A stretch of 64,000 nucleotides of DNA from Laetmonice hystrix (Eukaryota), in contig OZ249436.1 of assembly GCA_965235115.1 (NCBI GenBank), positions 44,704,001 to 44,768,000 on the forward strand. Reading direction: 5' to 3'. Both the position numbers and the translations under genes were made by a program. The notes below the pieces were generated by a model that was given only the letters and a program-made list of their open reading frames with translations, was not told the origin of the DNA and made no database searches. Of the stretch, positions 36,695-49,537 are shown piece by piece; within the stretch, counting starts at the first letter, position 1, and every line of letters begins with the position of its first letter.

Positions 36695-37148
36695 GTAAAC
36701 TGCCAGAACGGTGAAAACATGTAAACCGAGCTACGGTTTTCACCGCGCGCTGATGTGAATGGCAAACCTTGCCTGAGCAAATAAAGGTATTATGACCGGT
36801 CATGCTTGGGTAGGCACATTTTGGTACGTTTTTCTTGTCGGATTAGTGTCGTGAATTCATCAGTGTGTTGTGATAAATATGAATGTAAAACCACTCTAAA
36901 AGTGATTGTCGTCTTGCTGATGGCCATCTGTCCAGATTCGTTATTAGTAATGCAGCTCTAGGATTGGAACTCACATAATATTTAGGAGATGATATATGTT
37001 GTAAGAAACTCACTATTCTCACTATGCTGCCTGCCGGCGACATCCAAATCAATGCCAACATTTTGTTTCCCTTGGTTATGCTCCATCAAATATACCTTAT
37101 ATACACGTGGTTCACGTTCGCTGTATCATAAACCTTATCTCCTGGGAT

Positions 37149-38477
37149 TTAGTGAGCTTGTTGTGGCGTAGATCTGGTATCTGATGGGGTTAGTGAGCTT
37201 GTTGTGGCGTAGATCTGGTATCTGATGGGGTTAGTGAGCTTGTTGTGGCGTAGATCTGGTATCTGATGGGGTTAGTGAGCTTGTTGTGGCGTAGATCTGG
37301 TATCTGATGGGGTTAGGGAGCTTGTTGTGGCGTAGATCTCGTATCTGATGGGGTTAGTGAGCTTGTTGTGGCATAGATCTGGTATCTGGTGGGGTTAGTG
37401 AGCTTGTTGTGGCGTAGATCTGGTGAGGTTAGTGAGCTTGTTGTGGCGTAGATCTGGTATCTGATGGAGTTAGGGAGCTTGTTGTGGCGTAGATCTGGTA
37501 TCTGATGGGGTTAGTGAGCTTGTTGTGGCGTAGATCTGGTATCTGATGGGGTTAGTGAGCTTGTTGTGGCATAGATCTGGTATCTGGTGGGGTTAGTGAG
37601 CTTGTTGTGGCGTAGATCTGGTGAGGTTGGTGAGCTTGTTGTGGCGTAGATCTGGTATCTGATGGGGTTAGTGAGCTTGTTGTGGCGTAGATCTGGTGGG
37701 GTTAGTGAGCTTGTTGTGGCGTAGATCTGGTATCTGATGGGGTTAGTGAGCTTGTTGTGGCGTAGATCTGATGGGGTTAGTGAGCTTGTTGTGGCGTAGA
37801 TCTGATGGGGTTAGTGAGCTTGTTGTGGCGTAGATCTGGTATCTGATGGGGTTAGTGAGCTTGTTGTGGCGTAGATCTGGTATCTGATGAGGTTAGTGAG
37901 CTTGTTGTGGCGTAGATCTGGTATCTGATGAGGTTAGTGAGCTTGTTGTGGCGTAGATCTGGTATCTGGTGGGGTTAGTGAGCTTGTTGTGGCGTAGATC
38001 TGGTATCTGATGGGGTTAGTGAGCTTGTTGTGGCGTAGATCTGGTATCTGGTGGGGTTAGTGAGCTTGTTGTGGCGTAGATCTGATGGAGTTAGTGAGCT
38101 TGTTGTGGCGTAGATCTGGTATCTGATGGGTTTGGTGAGCTTGTTGTGGCGTAGATCTGGTGGGGTTAGTGAGCTTGTTGTGGCGTAGATCTGGTATCTG
38201 ATGGGGTTAGTGAGCTTGTTGTGGCGTAGATCTGGTATCTGATGGGGTTAGTGAGCTTGTTGTGGCGTAGATCTGGTATCTGATGGGGTTAGTGAGCTTG
38301 TTGTGGCGTAGATCTGGTATCTGATGGGGTTAGGGAGCTTGTTGTGGCGTAGATCTGGTATCTGATGGGGTTAGTGAGCTTGTTGTGGCGTAGATCTGGT
38401 ATCTGATGGGGTTAGTGAGCTTGTTGTGGCGTAGATCTGGTATCTGATGGAGTTAGTGAGCTTGTTGTGGCGTAGAT
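37149..38477. repeat. 41-bp minisatellite with 33-bp variants, ~33 copies
   Basis: Unit GGGGTTAGTGAGCTTGTTGTGGCGTAGATCTGGTATCTGAT. Confidence 0.97.
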
Positions 38478-40952
38478 GTGAGGAGGCGGGGAGGGTGTAC
38501 GAGTCCTTTACCTAAATAAAATAATTACATGTATATCGAACAACGCGTGCTGAAAGTTGAAAACCCCACCCAGGATGTCAGCAGAACGGAACATTGGAAA
38601 TACAAGCTTGCAAGACAACCATCGGATATACATTTATACACAGACATACATAAGCAATTTGCAATGATATATGTCCAGTGACAAGTTTCATTTCATTTTC
38701 CAAGACCAAATCAAAAAGTTATATTTCTCGAGTAATCCGACCGGTTACAGCGACCGACCTGGTCAGAGGTGGTTTTGTCGTAGGACAAACAATGTTAGAG
38801 AAGGATCGTTGTAGTGGAATCTGGCAGAGAATATTAAGTTCTCCTCTCGGGTGAAGATACTCAAGTTTGCCAACTCTTCAGTACAGGACAGTGAAATTGG
38901 AATTAGCCGGTCACCCAGCCAGAGGTCGACATGTAAGAAAGGATGATTATCTTTTCCTTCTATTCTCTTGGGGAATCGTTTTCTTCGGCAACACGATGAC
39001 CTCCCAATCAAACGTATAAAATTGAAATAGAGACTTGTGAGCGAGACCGAATCATATTGTCTGTCGTTAAACGGTAGTCATGTGTGGACAACTCTAATTG
39101 CCCTTGCTATACATTAACGCGTTGACATTGGCACACAGGCGCTCAGTCCTGATGGCTGCCTGTGTGGTACGTGTTACATAATCAGGTGTCTTCCAATGTT
39201 GCACGTCCATTGCACTCGCCGTCAAACTTGACACCAATGCGCAATTGGCAACCGCTCTGAAATACCGACAGAATCAAATCGGCCTATCTTAGAAGTATGA
39301 TACTGGGCCGTACCACAGACCGCTATATCGGACGATGACCGCAGGTGGTTTGAGAACAAATCTCTGTCTATACACCATCGTAACGGGAACCTTTATCAGG
39401 TGCCCTTGAAGAAGTGGCCCTTCAGGGCAATACGGTGTAAGCAGACACAGTTACTCAAGGACGCTGTGGGGTAGATTTCTAAGCTTTTGGCGACACGAAC
39501 AATATGAAATCCCAACGATCTAGGCATATGCGTTAAGTAGAATTGTTTGTTTATCCTGGTCACTTTTTCCCCGAGCGTTGATCACTTTTCACTTTTACAC
39601 CTGAAGAAATGTTAATTGATATCTACCAATTACTATTATAATTGTTCAAACAAATCCCACTCTCGCACGGAATGGTGAACAGCCTAATTAACTGATGATG
39701 GCGAGCTAACCAGCGCCTCATATCCGCTTGCCTTTCTTATTGATTTCCGAAAACCCGCCACTGTCGGTGTGTTTGGTTTGACGCAACGTCCCAACGTGAC
39801 AATTCACGTAACGTTATGACGTCAGCAACCATCTCGAGTGCCGACTCTCGACTGGCATTGTCAGGGCCTCTTTCAAATAACGTCAGCCATAACGACATGC
39901 GATACTAATGACCATCGTATACGTATCGGACGAGAGGAGATCCAAAACTTGTCATCTAACGGGGCTAATTGGTCTAGGGCGTCAAGCTTGACAGCGGTGC
40001 ACGCTCAAAGGTGTTGGCACCTTGTAACAAAGCTGTTGACACCTTGTAACAAGGAAGGACTGAATGGTTGAGTAACGACAGCTCTGTAGCTGTCTGTAGC
40101 CGTGTAGGCCCCATGACAATGGCTGTGAGTGAGACAGAACTTCAAGTCTCATTGTTTACCGACATCAAAACAAACTTGTCTTTTCTACTAGACTCAATGC
40201 AGGATAGACGAAAGTGTTAAAATGTTTGTATAAAATGTATTAATTAGCGTCAGTCTAACAACGCTTTTACTTAATACGATTCTATTCAGACACATAGATC
40301 TAGACCTATATTCTATTCAAACACATAGATCTAGGCCTATATTTTTCTATGAAACATTTATAATATCATGGCATGCACACTTGGAACGCACAGGAAGGTA
40401 CTACATAAACGGTCATACATAATATTATACAATGTACCAACCCAACCCATCTCCACCCAACTGGTTTTTACGCCTTAAAAACCATATATCCTACCGCCTT
40501 ACCTTTTTAACTATCTCCGACTCGGTCTGAATCGGTCTGTTCAAGGCATAAAAAGGCTTGATGGAGTTGAGTTAAGGCGGGGCGGTACGTGTATGACTGG
40601 TTTTACTCAATGCTGAGTACCATCCTCCTTAATACCTTCTCTTGATGTCGCAGGTTTTCTCTCCGTCACGCACGGCTAATTCCGTTGTGTTCTCACTTCC
40701 CTTTTGTTATATATTTACACCTGTTTTCATTTACATCTGCCGTGGCGTGCAGGTGCAAGCATTTCGAGCAGCAGTTCTGTTATCCTGACCACAGTCAACA
40801 AGAGAGTCAGATGATACAAGCTCACACCTCGACCGACCGCACTCTAACTTCCCTTGTGTAATCACCCAGCCTGGGTCGATGAGGGGAAATGTTACGGTCC
40901 AGAGTTTATAAACTCAGTTTATTCAACGATTCTATCCTAACTCTTATGTTCA

Positions 40953-41428
40953 TCTACATGAACACGACTACATCACAGTATAAAGTCTACATGCAGAGTC
41001 TACATGAACACGACTGTATACATCACAGTAAAGTCTACATGCAGAGTCTACATGAACACGACTGTATACATCACAGTAAAGTCTACATGTAAAGTCTACA
41101 TGAACACGACTGTATACATCACAGTAAGGTCTACATGCAGAGTCTACACGTGAACACGACTGTATACATCACAGTAAGGTCTACATGCAGAGTCTACATG
41201 AACACGACTACATACATCACAGTAAGGTCTACATGCAGAGTCTACATGAACACGACTACATACATCACAGTAAGGTCTACATGCAGAGTCTACATGAACA
41301 CGACTACATACATCACAGTAAAGTCTACATGCAGAGTCTACATGAACACGACTACATACATCACAGTAAGGTCTACATGCAGAGTCTACATGAACACGAC
41401 TACATACATCACAGTAAGGTCTACATGA
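40953..41428. repeat. 48-bp minisatellite, ~10 copies
   Basis: Unit TCTACATGAACACGACTACATACATCACAGTAAGGTCTACATGCAGAG. Confidence 0.96.
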
Positions 41429-42811
41429 CGGGTCTATACATAAAGATGACTTTGTGTACAGGAGAGAAGACGAGACCCACCGGGAACAGGTTCTATACAC
41501 TATTCTCGGGAGGAAATATTGCGTTTTATTGTTCTGCCTAAATTAATACCAACAATAAGAGGAGCCGTTCTTTAATGAAATCATATGGATGCATGTAAAA
41601 GTTACATGTGACTGCAGTCGGTATCGTATTGCAATCAGGGCCAGGCAGAATGGCTTGTAAAGGACAACCGGAGGATGCTCTCCTAATCACGCTAATATAT
41701 TGACAGTAACAGTATCCCAATGACTTTCAGCGCAATTAAGTCTAATATGTTTCTTTTTATTAAAAACTGCCATCATTGTGCTGAGCTGAGTGATGAGCGC
41801 ATCATGACAGCGACCGTTTGAGGCACCAGAGAATGTGGCTTCCTCTTATACGCTCCCCTCCTTACAAGATGCAGCGAGCTTTAGATTATGCAACTGCTTT
41901 TGTGGCGTTTATTACCTCACAAAAAGGAGCGTTCAGTATTTATGAAGAGTAGAGACATTATTCACTGATGGCGAAGTTGCCGGCAGAATTTCTGAGCATG
42001 GTGCAAACAGTGCGAAGTAGGCGACATAAAAGAAATCTTGGTTCCATAATACGGTAAGCCCTAGCTGTGTATGTTCAACACTTCGACATTGTGATCTGAT
42101 CTATGAATATGTGCATAATATTATATTTGAAAAGAATCACAGCAGTAATTCTTACAACACAGAAATGGGCTTATTTGCTTTAAAAAAAAGTCTGTCCAAC
42201 GGGCCTTTATGCCAACCGCATTTGGAAATAATCGTGTGACTATATTTAGATTATGCAGAGGTCTAAGCTATAGGACGTTAGGAGGGAGCGACCAGAATGA
42301 TTTTGAGGCGCTTTCTGATTCTGGGGAAAATACTATTTTTTCCTGATCTTGGCCTATTATACAGGGGCAGATCATGAACGGCGAGATGCTATTGCGAAAC
42401 GCTACCACCAGGTGGCGTCGTTGTTCTTCACTTGTTTGTTTTATACTGACAGTTCGGCAGACCTGTGTCTTATGTATATTTTATGGTGTTGGGAAGGATA
42501 TAAAGCCTAGCCTTGAAGCCCAATAATGTAGACGCTTGGAGTCCCGGATTTATTTATAGAAGTGATGTTGGGCTACCCCTCAGCTTTCCCATGTCCCCTG
42601 CCAAAAGTCGCTGTTATATTTTACAATTGGTAGGCCTTAAGCTTTAGGAGATCTCAAGAAAACGGGAAGCAGGATGTTTCATCGGCGAATCCTTCAAGAT
42701 GTAGGCCTAATCATCATCATCAACAATAACAACGACAACAATGGTTGTTAATGGTTAGAGGACGTACAGTGGGGGGGGGGGGGGTATAATGGGGGGGGGG
42801 GTGTATAATGG

Positions 42812-43097
42812 CAGGGTTTCCACCAGAGGGTAAAATTGGTAAAATTCCGTACCCTAACATTTTTTCCAGGGTACGGATCCGTACCCTCAAAATCGTTGGG
42901 TAACCATTTTTCCATGAAGTGATAAAAACCTCCTGATGATGTCTTGAGCAACTTGAAGAAATCAAATATAATGTTGTACAGTATAAATTATGCAGTCTTT
43001 ATTTGATTAATTCATATATTTGTAACAGCAGTTAGGGTTAGGCTAACCCTAACCCCTCCTCTGGTCCGTACCCGAATTTGTTTTGGCGGAAACCCTG
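42812..43097. mobile_element. ~286-bp hAT-like MITE with 5-bp TSD (AATGG)
   Basis: TIR CAGGGTTTCCACCA / TGGCGGAAACCCTG (13/14 match). AATGG directly flanks both ends. Subterminal CCGTACCC motifs and an internal GTTAGGGTTAGGCTAACCCTAAC inversion. Confidence 0.7.
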
Positions 43098-43233
43098 AAT
43101 GGGGGTGTTTAATGGGGGGTGGGGGTGGGGGGGGTGGGGGGGGGGGGTCGAGCAAACTTCCCGGGCCACGAAATCTACCATTTCCGTGAATTCTTTGGGA
43201 TGGAAAACAAAATTTTTGGGGGGCATTATTATA

Positions 43234-43706
43234 CAAATATTGGATGGCGGCGAGTCCACTATACAGTTTACGGGACGAAGAAAAGCGATAATGGACGAGG
43301 CGAAGCCGAGTCCATTATCGCTTTTCAGAGTCCCGTAAACTGTATAGTGGACGAGCTGCCATCCAACATTTGCTATATTATACACCTATATATAAATAAA
43401 ATATTGATAATCCGATATAAATAAAGTGGAGGTATAAGCTTGGATTACAAGAACCAACACATGAGTCATCGCTGTCGGCAACTATTGTGACGTTAGTAAT
43501 TTGGCCGCTATTGTTTAAGAGTTCCAAAAGTACTGTGACGTCACAGTATCTAAGTGATGACAATAGGACTTTGACATCATCTCTGTGGTTTCCAGAGTGA
43601 ACCGTCCAATATCGTATTTTACCGTCCAATATCGTTTTTTTCGGGACGGTCACGTGGTACAAATGGACCAATCAGATTGCTTAGCTGGGCCAGGTGTATA
43701 ATATAG
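43234..43706. mobile_element. Foldback non-autonomous element: ~140-bp hairpin plus an adjacent 15-bp inverted-repeat module
   Basis: 43234-43372 is a near-perfect palindrome centred on GGC-GAA-GCC. CTATATTATACACCT (43373-43387) is inverted at 43692-43706. Confidence 0.7.
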
Positions 43707-43881
43707 GGAAAACGTGAGGTTAGAACAATTTATTGATAGGCCGACTCTATTAATGGTTGCTGAAAGTCAGGGAAATGCCCTTTCTATCGTCTTAGCCACA
43801 TTTTTCTGCATAAAGTATTGTATTATGTAAGAGATTTTGTAGATGCCTATATTATGACCTCCGGATTTCTCTGACCAGGTG

Positions 43882-45710
43882 CACATCATACAGTGGGGCT
43901 CACCATGGTGTGTCCGGTAGGGCTATACTCTCCGACACCTCATCCTGGACACATCCCAGACCCCCACATCATACAGTGGGGCTCACCATGGTGTGTCCAG
44001 TAGGGCTATACTCTCCGACACCTCATCCTGGACACATCCCGGACCCCCACATCATACAGTGGGGCTCACCATGGTGTGTCCAGTAGGGCTATACTCTCCG
44101 ACACCTCATACTGGACACATCCCGGACCCCCACATCATACAGTGGGGCTCACCATGGTGTGTCCAGTAGGGCTATACTCTCCGACACCTCATCCTGGACA
44201 CATCCCGGACCCCCACATCATACAGTGGGGCTCACCATGGTGTGCCCAGTAGGGCTATACTCTCCGACACCTCATCCTGGACACATCCCGGACCCCCACA
44301 TCATACAGTGGGGCTCACCATGGTGTGTCCGGTAGGGCTATACTCTCCGACACCTCATACTGGACACATCCCGGACCCCCACATCATACAGTGGGGCTCA
44401 CCATGGTGTGTCCAGTAGGGCTATACTCTCCGACACCTCATCCTGGACACATCCCGGACCCCCACATCATACAGTGGGGCTCACCATGGTGTGTCCAGTA
44501 GGGCTATACTCTCCGACACCTCATACTGGACACATCCCAGACACCCACATCATACAGTGGGGCTCACCATGGTGTGTCCGGTAGGGCTATACTCTCCGAC
44601 ACCTCATCCTGGACACATCCCGGACCCCCACATCATACAGTGGGGCTCACCATGGTGTGTCCAGTAGGGCTATACTCTCCGACACCTCATACTGGACACA
44701 TCCCGGACCCCCACATCATACAGTGGGGCTCACCATGGTGTGTCCGGTAGGGCTATACTCTCCGACACCTCATACTGGACACATCCCGGACCCCCACATC
44801 ATACAGTGGGGCTCACCATGGTGTGTCCAGTAGGGCTATACTCTCCGACACCTCATCCTGGACACATCCCGGACCCCCACATCATACAGTGGGGCTCACC
44901 ATGGTGTGTCCAGTAGGGCTATACTCTCCGACACCTCATACTGGACACATCCCGGACCCCCACATCATACAGTGGGGCTCACCATGGTGTGTCCAGTAGG
45001 GCTATACTCTCCGACACCTCATACTGGACACATCCCAGACACCCACATCATACAGTGGGGCTCACCATGGTGTGTCCAGTAGGGCTATACTCTCCGACAC
45101 CTCATACTGGACACATCCCGGACCCCCACATCATACAGTGGGGCTCACCATGGTGTGTCCAGTAGGGCTATACTCTCCGACACCTCATCCTGGACACATC
45201 CCAGACACCCACATCATACAGTGGGGCTCACCATGGTGTGTCCAGTAGGGCTATACTCTCCGACACCTCATCCTGGACACATCCCGGACCCCCACATCAT
45301 ACAGTGGGGCTCACCATGGTGTGTCCAGTAGGGCTATACTCTCCGACACCTCATCCTGGACACATCCCGGACCCCCACATCATACAGTGGGGCTCACCAT
45401 GGTGTGTCCAGTAGGGCTATACTCTCCGACACCTCATCCTGGACACATCCCAGACACCCACATCATACAGTGGGGCTCACCATGGTGTGTCCAGTAGGGC
45501 TATACTCTCCGACACCTCATACTGGACACATCCCGGACCCCCACATCATACAGTGGGGCTCACCATGGTGTGTCCAGTAGGGCTATACTCTCCGACACCT
45601 CATCCTGGACACATCCCAGACACCCACATCATACAGTGGGGCTCACCATGGTGTGTCCAGTAGGGCTATACTCTCCGACACCTCATCCTGGACACATCCC
45701 GGACCCCCAC
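43882..45710. repeat. 83-bp minisatellite, 22 copies
   Basis: Unit CACATCATACAGTGGGGCTCACCATGGTGTGTCCAGTAGGGCTATACTCTCCGACACCTCATCCTGGACACATCCCGGACCCC. Confidence 0.97.
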
Positions 45711-47489
45711 TGTCACTGTCAGTTTGGCCATGTGAAGTCACGGTCACGCATAATTGACTTCAGGTGCACCGCTAATGTTTGTTAGGTGTGCCCAGCCACA
45801 AAAGCGCAACGCGTGCGCCCGGACCGGACACCCGCGTTGTGCCCAGTCCCGGCGTGAACCACTTCGGTGGGCGCCCGGCCTTTAAAGGTCCGCGATCCCG
45901 GGGCACACCTGGGATCGTCTCGGGAATTAAAACGAAACATTTGTTCATACTTGTGTGGGCCATTTATCACTGCTGTGGCGTCCTACCAAACAAGGCCTGC
46001 TGACAAAGGGTGCGGCCAGGGAGGCAGAGATACGGTGGCGCTTCAATGAGGGTTGTGCGTATTGATGAGAAGCGACGGGGACCACCATTGTACTCGTCTC
46101 CCATCCCCTTTGTAGCGCCCCCTCCGGATACCCGCAGCTCAATGCCTCCCATCATATTTATTACAGCAAGAAACGGCGATTTAAGGCGATTTAAGCAAGT
46201 GGCTGCCGACGCAGTGTTGTGTTCGGCGAAGGGACCCAGATGGCCGACGAAATTAACTCAAGCAGGGTGTCGTGTTTCTCCATTGTGTTGGGGTCGTATA
46301 CATAGCGGGCGAACCGGCATCTAGATTTATTTAGCATTGCGTCGCCACGGCCACTGCCGCCAGCCAGGGGATCTATCAAACACAACAAGGCAACATCACT
46401 TTACAAATGACGACAGCTAAAGACGGTTCAAAAGCAAGGCAGAAAATTAAGGAGAGTGTTTGGATTAAATCAGCAAACATGATGTATTAACAATCTTGCG
46501 CTGGTTGGTGCTCTTTGCTGGGGCACAATACAGGTTGTCTTCCTGGGCAACGAATATGTGATATAGGGCGCTGGCGTCGACTGCGCGTTCAACGGATTCA
46601 CAAGGGGGGTAGTATTGAAGGCCCGCCCAAACTTTGATCCCTGGCGCTACGGCCAATCGATTACACTGGTCCGGCTCCCATCAAGGATGACTTATTGTGG
46701 TCACCGTCAGATTGCATGGTAATTTCGTTCCGTTCTCCACCCTCCGTGTTTTGTGTCGACATCGCGGAGAAACTGTTCCGTTTCAATTCAATGGAATTTC
46801 ATTACGTCGCGTGTCGTGGAACGCCTCAGCACGCCAAACAGAGTGTCAATGTTATTAGAATGAACTGGCCTTCTGTCCGGTGGTAGGCGTGAAGAGGCGC
46901 CGGTTCTAACAATGACCATAAAGCCAATTGTATTAAAATGAAACAGTCACTGTTGCTCGCGTGCCGACAACTTGCACTGCAATCTCCCAGGGTGCAACAG
47001 GGTCAGAGCAAGGTTGCATATCTTGGGATTATTGAATTGAGAACTAGTACCAGCTGTATGCGAGGCGGAAACATACCGGGTAGGTCTGTGGCACTCCAAT
47101 TTACTCTTATCTCGCCAACCCGATAACGTGATTCAGTTAGCAAATACATTATTGTCGACCGCCCCAGAACAGACTGAGGCACCACTATCAACTTCTGTTA
47201 ATAGGTATTCATGGTCTGACGAACATAGACACGGTGTCGAAGGTCGTGGGTGGGAATTTGACACCTTAATAGGGCCTATAGAAATAAGACAATTTCCAGA
47301 AAGGCGACCGGGGGAGGAGGGTGCGCGCGCAAGGTGGTCGATATCAACTAGACCCACCACCCGTGGACCCCACCTCTTACCCAGGCAGGGTCGGGGTAAC
47401 ACCATGGGTATCCCAGGTACTAACCTTTGATAAACCAGCCGAGGGTACACCTATACTGGGGTGGGAGGCGGCTAAATGATATCGGACTC

Positions 47490-47742
47490 AATTACAGACT
47501 TACACATATACATTGTCATTACATTGTAGGGCCTACTACTTACAGATATACACTGCATTTTTATATACTACTTACAGACTTATACATGAAACTCTTCATG
47601 TTTATACTACTTACAGACTTACACATGAAACTTCACTTTTATATACATTGTACTACTTACAGACATACACATGAAACTCTTCATTTTTATATACTACTTA
47701 CAGACTTAAACATGGAACTCTTCATTTGTATATAGTACTTAT
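47490..47742. repeat. Degenerate ~40-bp AT-rich tandem repeat
   Basis: TACTACTTACAGACTTACACATGAAACTCTTCATTTTTATA-like units. Confidence 0.85.
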
Positions 47743-48398
47743 AACAACCGGGACATTGGATGTTGTGGAGTAAACACAACTTGCATACAGTTCGTCAAGA
47801 ACAACTCAAAACTTGCCTTGACCACACGGACTTTTAGGCGTATATCTACACCTGCAGCGAGCTGTTGATGTGGGGGGAGTGCAGAGTATAGATATAGAGT
47901 TTATTCTTGCCTATGTTTTCTCCCGATAGCCGATCAACATGCTTTCATTCACCAGTGATTCCCAAACCTTTAGACATGTCACCCCCGGTTTTCATCCCCC
48001 ACCATCTGGCTATATGTATACAGATCTGGAACATTCAGTCAGTGCTCAAGATCCAACTGACATTATTCCAAATCTATTTATCTCCTTTCAGTTATACTGG
48101 AAGCCTAATTTGTCCTGTTTCAGATAATATAAAATTCACTTGTGGGAAAGCTATATGTATTATAGGCCCTATGAACAGCACCGCTTTATGAAGAAAGCTT
48201 TCATGCAGCAGAGACGGGTGGTCTCTGCAAGTCCTAGCTGTCACTACTCAGCGTCAAGTAGTGTAACTTCGGAAATATTAAATATTTTGCTTTGAACGTC
48301 AATGTAGGTCTATATAAACATGTATGTCCCCTTGTGTGTAACGTTTCAAGAGGTATGACTGCGTTAGGGCTAAATGGCGAAGATAGAAATGAACGTAG

Positions 48399-48790
48399 GG
48401 CGTGCTCAGTGCTGCGAGCACGGCGTGCTCAGTGCTGCGAGCACGGCGTGCTCAGTGCTGCGAGCACGCCGTGCTCAGTGCTGCGAGCACGCCGTGCTCA
48501 GTGCTGCGAGCACGGCGTGCTCAGTGCTGCGAGCAGACAGAGAGCCATGCAGGACGCTGTTTGACCAGAGAGCCATGCAGGACGCTGTTTGACCAGAGAG
48601 CCATGCAGGACGCTGTTTGACCAGAGAGACATGCAGGACGCTGTTTGACCAGAGAGCCATACAGGACGCTGTTTGACCAGAGAGACATGCAGGACGCTGT
48701 TTGACCAGAGAGCCATGCAGGACGCTGTTTGACCAGAGAGACATGCAGGACGCTGTTTGACCAGAGAGCCATACAGGACGCTGTTTGACC
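48399..48790. repeat. Two abutting minisatellites: 23-bp (48399-48533) and 28-bp (48538-48790)
   Basis: GGCGTGCTCAGTGCTGCGAGCAC x ~6, then CAGAGAGCCATGCAGGACGCTGTTTGAC x 9. Confidence 0.96.
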
Positions 48791-49160
48791 ACAGGTGTGG
48801 CGTGCTGTATAGCTCCCGCTATACTCGACATTCCGCTGAGGCACCTTCCCGGCTGGGAGCTGTCACTGACCGGAGTCGTACTTTAAACGATTGTGTACCT
48901 ATTTAAACATTTATAGGCCTAAGTATCGGGCGTACGTTTTCTGTGTCCAAAATGGAAAACTGCAGTCAAACTAGTTGGATTCTCTTTTGGTGCCCTCATA
49001 TAACCCCTCCTTTACGGTTTCCCCCCGTCCCAGTCTAAAGGATGGACACTGGTGATTGGCGGGTGGGCCGTCATTGGCGCGTGGCCCACGGCCAAGTAGC
49101 TGGTCGTCCTCTGACCGGCTTCTATGATTGACAGCTACCGCCCGGCTGGCATCTTATGCG

Positions 49161-49384
49161 CTTGTTCAGTGGTATGTTAACTGAATATCAGTGGTATGTT
49201 AACTGAATATCAGTGGTATGTTAACTGAATATATCTGTTCAGTGGTATGTTAACTGAATATCAGTGGTATGTTAACTGAATATCAGTGGTATGTTAACTG
49301 GATATCACTGGTATGTTAACTGAATATATCTGTTCAGTGGTATGTTAACTGAATATCAGTGGTATGTTAACTGGATATATCTGT
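49161..49384. repeat. 22/29-bp minisatellite
   Basis: Unit TCAGTGGTATGTTAACTGAATA. Confidence 0.95.
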
Positions 49385-49537
49385 TATAAAACATTTCTCC
49401 GGGATGAAGATTTCATATCTTTGTATCTCCGTTTTTTCGTCTCGAAAAAGTTAATTCCAAATCTGAAGTATGGAAGATAGATCTGCTCTCTCCAACCAAT
49501 ATAGACCTATGCAGTGCTATGTTATAAGATAGAATTT

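Noticed and set aside
7081..49384. 6-bp palindromes in many minisatellite units (GTATAC, AGATCT, GTTAAC, GGTACC)
   Set aside because: Expected by chance in units of this length (about 1 in 64 positions).
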